Source of the DNA: a virus
DNA: 64,000 bases
Direction: 5' to 3' (one strand)
IMG/VR virus record: IMGVR_UViG_3300033978_000437
This document shows, piece after piece, positions 59,621 to 64,000 of the stretch. A program made the position numbers and the translations under genes. The notes under the pieces are model-generated. The model was not told the origin of the DNA. It did not search any database and saw nothing but the letters and a program-made list of their open reading frames with translations. Positions within the stretch are counted from its first letter, which is position 1. Every line of letters begins with the position of its first letter.

Positions 59621-62600
59621 TTAATCAGGTTTACTGTAATTGACAACACAACTTTCAACTCCACCAACTCCAACCGGCAATCCAAGTTCTCGAGCCTCTG
59701 CTGCTGTTAAAAGTTCACCCCAATGCTTTACCACTTCCATTTCAATGCCCAGATAATAGGGACCAGCTCCAGTAGGTAGCCCATCTAAACTAGAAGGGTA
59801 GATTGGAACTGCATCACGCATAAAAGTCGGCAAAACATATTCACACACATGCTTAACATGTTCGTAAGGAACTTCAAGCAACACGGCATCGTGAATTTGC
59901 AACAAGACTTTGAATAGGTCTCGTCCTTGCTTCAACTGCTTTTCCTTGTAATCGTGGATATAAGCTAAAGCACGGCTGACCGCTGATGCAATCATGGATT
60001 GAATCGGGTAGTTCATGGCTTGTCTTTCAAACTCACCCGCCAACCCTCGGTCAAAGTTGGCATCTGGAAATCTACGAAACCTACCATAGCAATTGCATAA
60101 GTAACGACCAGCCACTGTAGTGCCGGTCAGTGGGTCTATGTAGTCTCCAGTTGCACGCTGTTTGCATTCGTTGAAAAACGGACTTAACCTTGGATACATT
60201 AGAAAAATTGCATCGATGACTGCTTGTGCTTCATCTACTTCAATTTCGATACCTTGTTCTTTTGCTGCGATAGCAATTGCTTTAGGACCTCGACCATAGG
60301 CAATACCGAAGATTACAGATTTGGCCACGATCCTAATATGCTTCTTGCCGATAGCGGCTAACCCGCTTTTTGTCGGAGGACAAGTTAGTTTAAATGCAAA
60401 ACAAGCTACTTGACTGTGTATGTCATAGTAATCTGGATGAGTTTCAGGCAGTTGATTTCGCAACGCATGTTTAATCATATTTTCGTCACCAGACATAACC
60501 GCCATACCAAATAGCTCTGCACCTACATAATCTGCCTCTACCATCACATGACCAGGTGAAGCCTTTAAAACACTACGCAAAGTGTATTTGTAATCTTCAG
60601 CCCCAAGTAATCGTTTGTAGTCGGGATCTCTCTGCTTACTAATATTTTGTAAGTTAGGGCGAGCACTAGACCACCTTCCAGTTTCCTTGGTTTGATAGAC
60701 ATGAGTACGAACTTTGCCATCGTCACAGCATAAAGAAGCAAGACCATCATCATACTCTAGGTTGCCGTCATCATCGTACATGGACTCTTCTGTTGCATCA
60801 TCACACGCTGGAGGATGTAACACAGTCTTAAGCACTTGATCTAAAAAGCGGTAATCACGCAGCTGATTTATTAGCTTTGCTTTACCCTCGTTAGTAGTTG
60901 ATTGAGCTAACAGAGATAAAATCAGTTTGTTAGTAGACGGAGCATGCTCCGCCATCCTACCTGACTTTTTAACTTCACTCCATGGCTTGGGTGGTTTACT
61001 TGTGTCAAACAATGGATCTAAGTTTAAGCTAACTGCACCCTCTGGTCGCAATCTTATTACATCTCCAGTCTTCTTATCTTTCTTACCATTAAGAAGATGA
61101 CCATAAAGTAATTCTCGCACATGCTGTGTAGACCTAATGTTAAACTCAGGCCACTTGATTTCTGTGCGTATCTTTACTTCAAGTGTATTCTTTGCGTTCA
61201 TAAATCGCTTGGTTAAAAAATCAATACGATCTTTGTCCACAGTAATTCCGGTGCGATGTATCTCCAACACTGCAGGAGTTGCTATTTGAGATTCCCAGAA
61301 TGCTTCTCGACAGTTATTACCTTCGTAATCCTCGTCAAGTAACACAGCTAGTTTGTAAAACAAACGCAAAGTAACATCAGCATCGTACATACCATAAGGC
61401 AGCAAAATTTCATCGGGACATTCACCATATCCGTCTAGATCCGCATTCATTATACCTTTTGATTTGCAGTAAGATATCTTCCAATGCTGCAACTCTTTAT
61501 CATATCTCGGTGCAGAAGTATAACGCATTGCCAGAGTTTCCAGCTTATAGCTAGCTGTCTCCTCAATAGCATGTGTCATCAAACCTGTATCTGCACCGCC
61601 CTCAAACTTAGTGCGATACCACGCAGGTACTATTTCTTCTTCTGTAAACCCTTCTTTCTGATAAAGTTTAAACAACTTCTTATCCGCATTTTCTGCCTTC
61701 ATCTCGTAGTCAAACAATTGGCAAGAGAAACAAGCTTGGATGTTGATTCCATAATCTAACAACCACTCTAAGTCTGCATTGAAGAAATGACCAACAACTC
61801 GTTTACGCCTAAACTTAATTTCTTTGATCTCTTCGGCATCTTTGTATTTAAAGACACCACCAAGAAAGAACATGTTTAGAAGTTTAAGAGTTTTGTCGGG
61901 TAACTGCCTTGCTCTGCTAGTAGCAAAACCGGGAGTCATCTCACCCCCAGCCTCGTGAAACTTGATACCAAGTGCTTTCTTCTCGTACCAAGAAATCTGC
62001 ATAGTTCGCATGTAAGCATTTTTATTAATAGGATGCTTTCCATGCCACTCTGCATCTACTGCAATCAAGCTGTCTCTCTTGTCCTCGTCCTTCTCAATGC
62101 TGATGAGTTGTTGTAATAAATCCCAATGGTTGTCCACCACTCTATGATCTATTACTTCTGAAGCTCCAATCGTTACTCCCTTAGTTAAAGCGATGAAACG
62201 AGATATTCCGTTTTCTAACTGCCTACCCGCAGATTGATCTCGAAGCACTTGTCTAGGGTGAACTACAGTCATGACCTGTGCTTCTTTCCAATGCTGCTCT
62301 TGGTCTCTAGCAGTAAAGGCAACATTGTAGCGTAGTTTTTCTACTCTACCTTCCATCTCGCCTACACCCGCCGTACCTCCAAGCAAAGCTTTACTAACAT
62401 CGGCACCTAGACAAAGAATGTACTTGGGCTGCACAATCTTTATCTCTTGATAGAGCAGATGCATACAGTCTTTAATCCAGACTGCTTTCAATGTAGTTTT
62501 GTAATCTGGAGGACAAAATTTAACTAAATTCGTTACATAAAATTTAGTTAAATTAAAAGCTTTTAACTTACGGAATGTTTCAATCAATAAGGAACCATCT

Positions 62601-63112
62601 GCACCCGCCATGCACCTCCTTCTTTTGACCTCTTCACCCCAAGGATTACGACTGATGATCATTACATCTGCGGGCACCGGCCCGCTAGGATCAATTGATC
62701 CTAACAAATGGCCTAGTACAAATTCTGCTTCTTTATACTGATGAGGTCCAACTTCTACATCTAAAGTAAAAGGAGAAACTCGTAATGATTCACGGATTAA
62801 ACCCATTAATTCATTACTGTATTCCAACCTCTTTGCTTTAGTTTTTTCACCATCAGCATTTGTTATCGTTTCTTCAACCAGCTTGGATTCGATGTCCCCT
62901 AGACCTAATACATGTCTAAGAAACGCAGAGTTAGAAGGTAAAGGAGGCAAGCCGGGAGCTGCTAAAGGGAATACAGCTCCGCCTAATTGCACTTCATGCA
63001 ATCGTTTTTTATACACCATCTCAACTGCTGCAGAAGAAGTTTTAACCGCTGGAGTAATTCCACCTCCTCCCGCTATCTTTATCTTTCGTGCCATTTCTAC
63101 CTCTTTTTCCAA
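59621..63112 (-). CDS. polA: Family A DNA polymerase with an N-terminal UDG-like domain and a 3'-5' exonuclease
   Basis: UDG4-like VMIISRNPWGEE..YVTNLVKFCP..ILCLG..VHP; Exo VDAEW, GHFFNADL, YDADVT; Pol TGRWSSARPNLQN, DYVGAEL, AKSVIFGIAYG, LQIHDAV. Confidence 0.95.
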   Translation of the reverse strand: MEKEVEMARKIKIAGGGGITPAVKTSSAAVEMVYKKRLHEVQLGGAVFPLAAPGLPPLPSNSAFLRHVLGLGDIESKLVEETITNADGEKTKAKRLEYSNELMGLIRESLRVSPFTLDVEVGPHQYKEAEFVLGHLLGSIDPSGPVPADVMIISRNPWGEEVKRRRCMAGADGSLLIETFRKLKAFNLTKFYVTNLVKFCPPDYKTTLKAVWIKDCMHLLYQEIKIVQPKYILCLGADVSKALLGGTAGVGEMEGRVEKLRYNVAFTARDQEQHWKEAQVMTVVHPRQVLRDQSAGRQLENGISRFIALTKGVTIGASEVIDHRVVDNHWDLLQQLISIEKDEDKRDSLIAVDAEWHGKHPINKNAYMRTMQISWYEKKALGIKFHEAGGEMTPGFATSRARQLPDKTLKLLNMFFLGGVFKYKDAEEIKEIKFRRKRVVGHFFNADLEWLLDYGINIQACFSCQLFDYEMKAENADKKLFKLYQKEGFTEEEIVPAWYRTKFEGGADTGLMTHAIEETASYKLETLAMRYTSAPRYDKELQHWKISYCKSKGIMNADLDGYGECPDEILLPYGMYDADVTLRLFYKLAVLLDEDYEGNNCREAFWESQIATPAVLEIHRTGITVDKDRIDFLTKRFMNAKNTLEVKIRTEIKWPEFNIRSTQHVRELLYGHLLNGKKDKKTGDVIRLRPEGAVSLNLDPLFDTSKPPKPWSEVKKSGRMAEHAPSTNKLILSLLAQSTTNEGKAKLINQLRDYRFLDQVLKTVLHPPACDDATEESMYDDDGNLEYDDGLASLCCDDGKVRTHVYQTKETGRWSSARPNLQNISKQRDPDYKRLLGAEDYKYTLRSVLKASPGHVMVEADYVGAELFGMAVMSGDENMIKHALRNQLPETHPDYYDIHSQVACFAFKLTCPPTKSGLAAIGKKHIRIVAKSVIFGIAYGRGPKAIAIAAKEQGIEIEVDEAQAVIDAIFLMYPRLSPFFNECKQRATGDYIDPLTGTTVAGRYLCNCYGRFRRFPDANFDRGLAGEFERQAMNYPIQSMIASAVSRALAYIHDYKEKQLKQGRDLFKVLLQIHDAVLLEVPYEHVKHVCEYVLPTFMRDAVPIYPSSLDGLPTGAGPYYLGIEMEVVKHWGELLTAAEARELGLPVGVGGVESCVVNYSKPD

Positions 63113-64000
63113 GAAATAATTACACCTTTATCACCAGCTTGCTTCGTAATATATTCACGAAGCATTGTGCGGGCTAAGGAACCAGGGTCGGTTCCCTCTG
63201 GAAGTTGCACGCTGCAAAATCCGGATTTTAACCGCTCATTTAAATCAGCTTCGATTTCGTTAACCTTTAACGCAAGCTTGTCTTTAACATCTGGATCAAA
63301 CAGCAACACTCCAGAGTAATCTTTGAAATGCTGTCTAAAGAGAGTTTGTTGTTCATTTGTTAAAGTTGCACCTAAGGTGCATACAGCTTGAGGTCCCACT
63401 CGCCACACATCTGTTACCCCCTCGACAATAATACCTACTTCATACTGGGAAGCATTCCCAAGGTTGTAAAGAATATTTCGTCTAGGTGTTCCAGGTGCTG
63501 TGTAATACTTAGGCAAGCTAGATTTCTTCCAATCCGTCTCGAAAGCAGCTCTAGCTTGCCACCCCACCATCTGCTTGTCATGGTAGATAGGAATGATTAA
63601 ACGATTCCTACATATGTACCGGTCACTAGTGTGACACCAATGCACATTGTAAAACCGACCAATCTTATCTGGGTCAAATCCTCGTCCGGCTAGGTACACA
63701 TTGGCTTCATGTGTGCTTGGAAGCTTATCAATCCTAGTGACTTCACCGGGCCAGCTTGTCCTTATTTTTGAAACATCAACTGTTCGTCCTTCACGCAGCT
63801 GAGCTTTGCGAAGATCTACTAAATGACGGCCCACCAGCATCTGCTCTAACTCCTCATAAATATGAGCAGTTTTAAGCGACAGCGGACAACCTCCATTAAA
63901 ACAAGTAGCAAGATGAAGCTGAGGTTTCCCCCATTGATTTTCAGATCCGTAGCAATGGTTAATATAACAACGAAACCTTGTATCGTTGCAGAAGGGACAA
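63097..64000 (-). CDS. dnaG: DNA primase (zinc ribbon plus TOPRIM), truncated by the right edge
   Basis: The frame continues beyond the track's ATG to the window edge: CPFCNDTRFRCYINH..LATCFNGGC; RLIIPIY, WQARA, IIVEGVTDVW, LFDPD, TDPG. Confidence 0.9.
   Translation of the reverse strand, partial: CPFCNDTRFRCYINHCYGSENQWGKPQLHLATCFNGGCPLSLKTAHIYEELEQMLVGRHLVDLRKAQLREGRTVDVSKIRTSWPGEVTRIDKLPSTHEANVYLAGRGFDPDKIGRFYNVHWCHTSDRYICRNRLIIPIYHDKQMVGWQARAAFETDWKKSSLPKYYTAPGTPRRNILYNLGNASQYEVGIIVEGVTDVWRVGPQAVCTLGATLTNEQQTLFRQHFKDYSGVLLFDPDVKDKLALKVNEIEADLNERLKSGFCSVQLPEGTDPGSLARTMLREYITKQAGDKGVIISWKKR

Noticed and set aside
63920-63940. Apparent frameshift between the primase zinc ribbon and the rest of the gene
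   Set aside because: A recount shows five C at 63928-63932, and the frame is continuous (WGKPQ).
1-64000. Alternative genetic code (stop recoding), tRNA genes, CRISPR arrays, IS elements, introns/inteins in polA, nrdJ or recA
   Set aside because: TAA, TAG and TGA all end well-formed genes, the core genes have normal lengths, and no cloverleaf, array or transposase motifs were seen.
1-64000. Bacterial chromosome or NCLDV origin
   Set aside because: SD-led operons, portal-like, primase and PolA genes and the absence of housekeeping synteny fit a large bacteriophage better.

Overview
This is a 64-kb slice of a large (jumbo/huge) tailed-phage genome. It is densely coding, and every credible gene is on the minus strand except csrA. 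TAA, TAG and TGA are all used as stops (standard code). Recognisable genes: multi-subunit RNA polymerase beta subunit (cut by the left edge), class II ribonucleotide reductase, SET-domain methyltransferase, CsrA, LuxR-type HTH, HNH, metallophosphoesterase, SNF2-like helicase, PhoH, acyl carrier protein, tubulin/FtsZ-family GTPase and a probable portal. The right end is a replication/recombination module (resolvase, DEDD exonuclease, RecA/UvsX, SSB-like protein, dTMP kinase, UDG-fused family A polymerase, primase cut by the right edge). About 14 glycosyl-, methyl- and sulfotransferase or acyl-carrier genes are scattered through the window. The most striking unexplained signals are: (i) a family of Gly/Ala-rich putative virion-cargo (poly)proteins punctuated by a recurring K-x-A/S motif and an amphipathic [FY]xxIAxLAKxA leader, with enzyme modules between the motifs (ART-like, zinc peptidase, acylphosphatase, SNF2, SET); (ii) two highly structured intergenic RNAs, one GGA-rich and about 1 kb from csrA; (iii) a dyad motif AAWTC-YR-GATTTTA just upstream of five start codons; (iv) a perfect 21-bp inverted repeat and a duplicated promoter/RBS cassette. 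A Planctomycete/PVC-type host is suggested only by inference from gene content. All family calls come from motif recognition by eye, not database searches.
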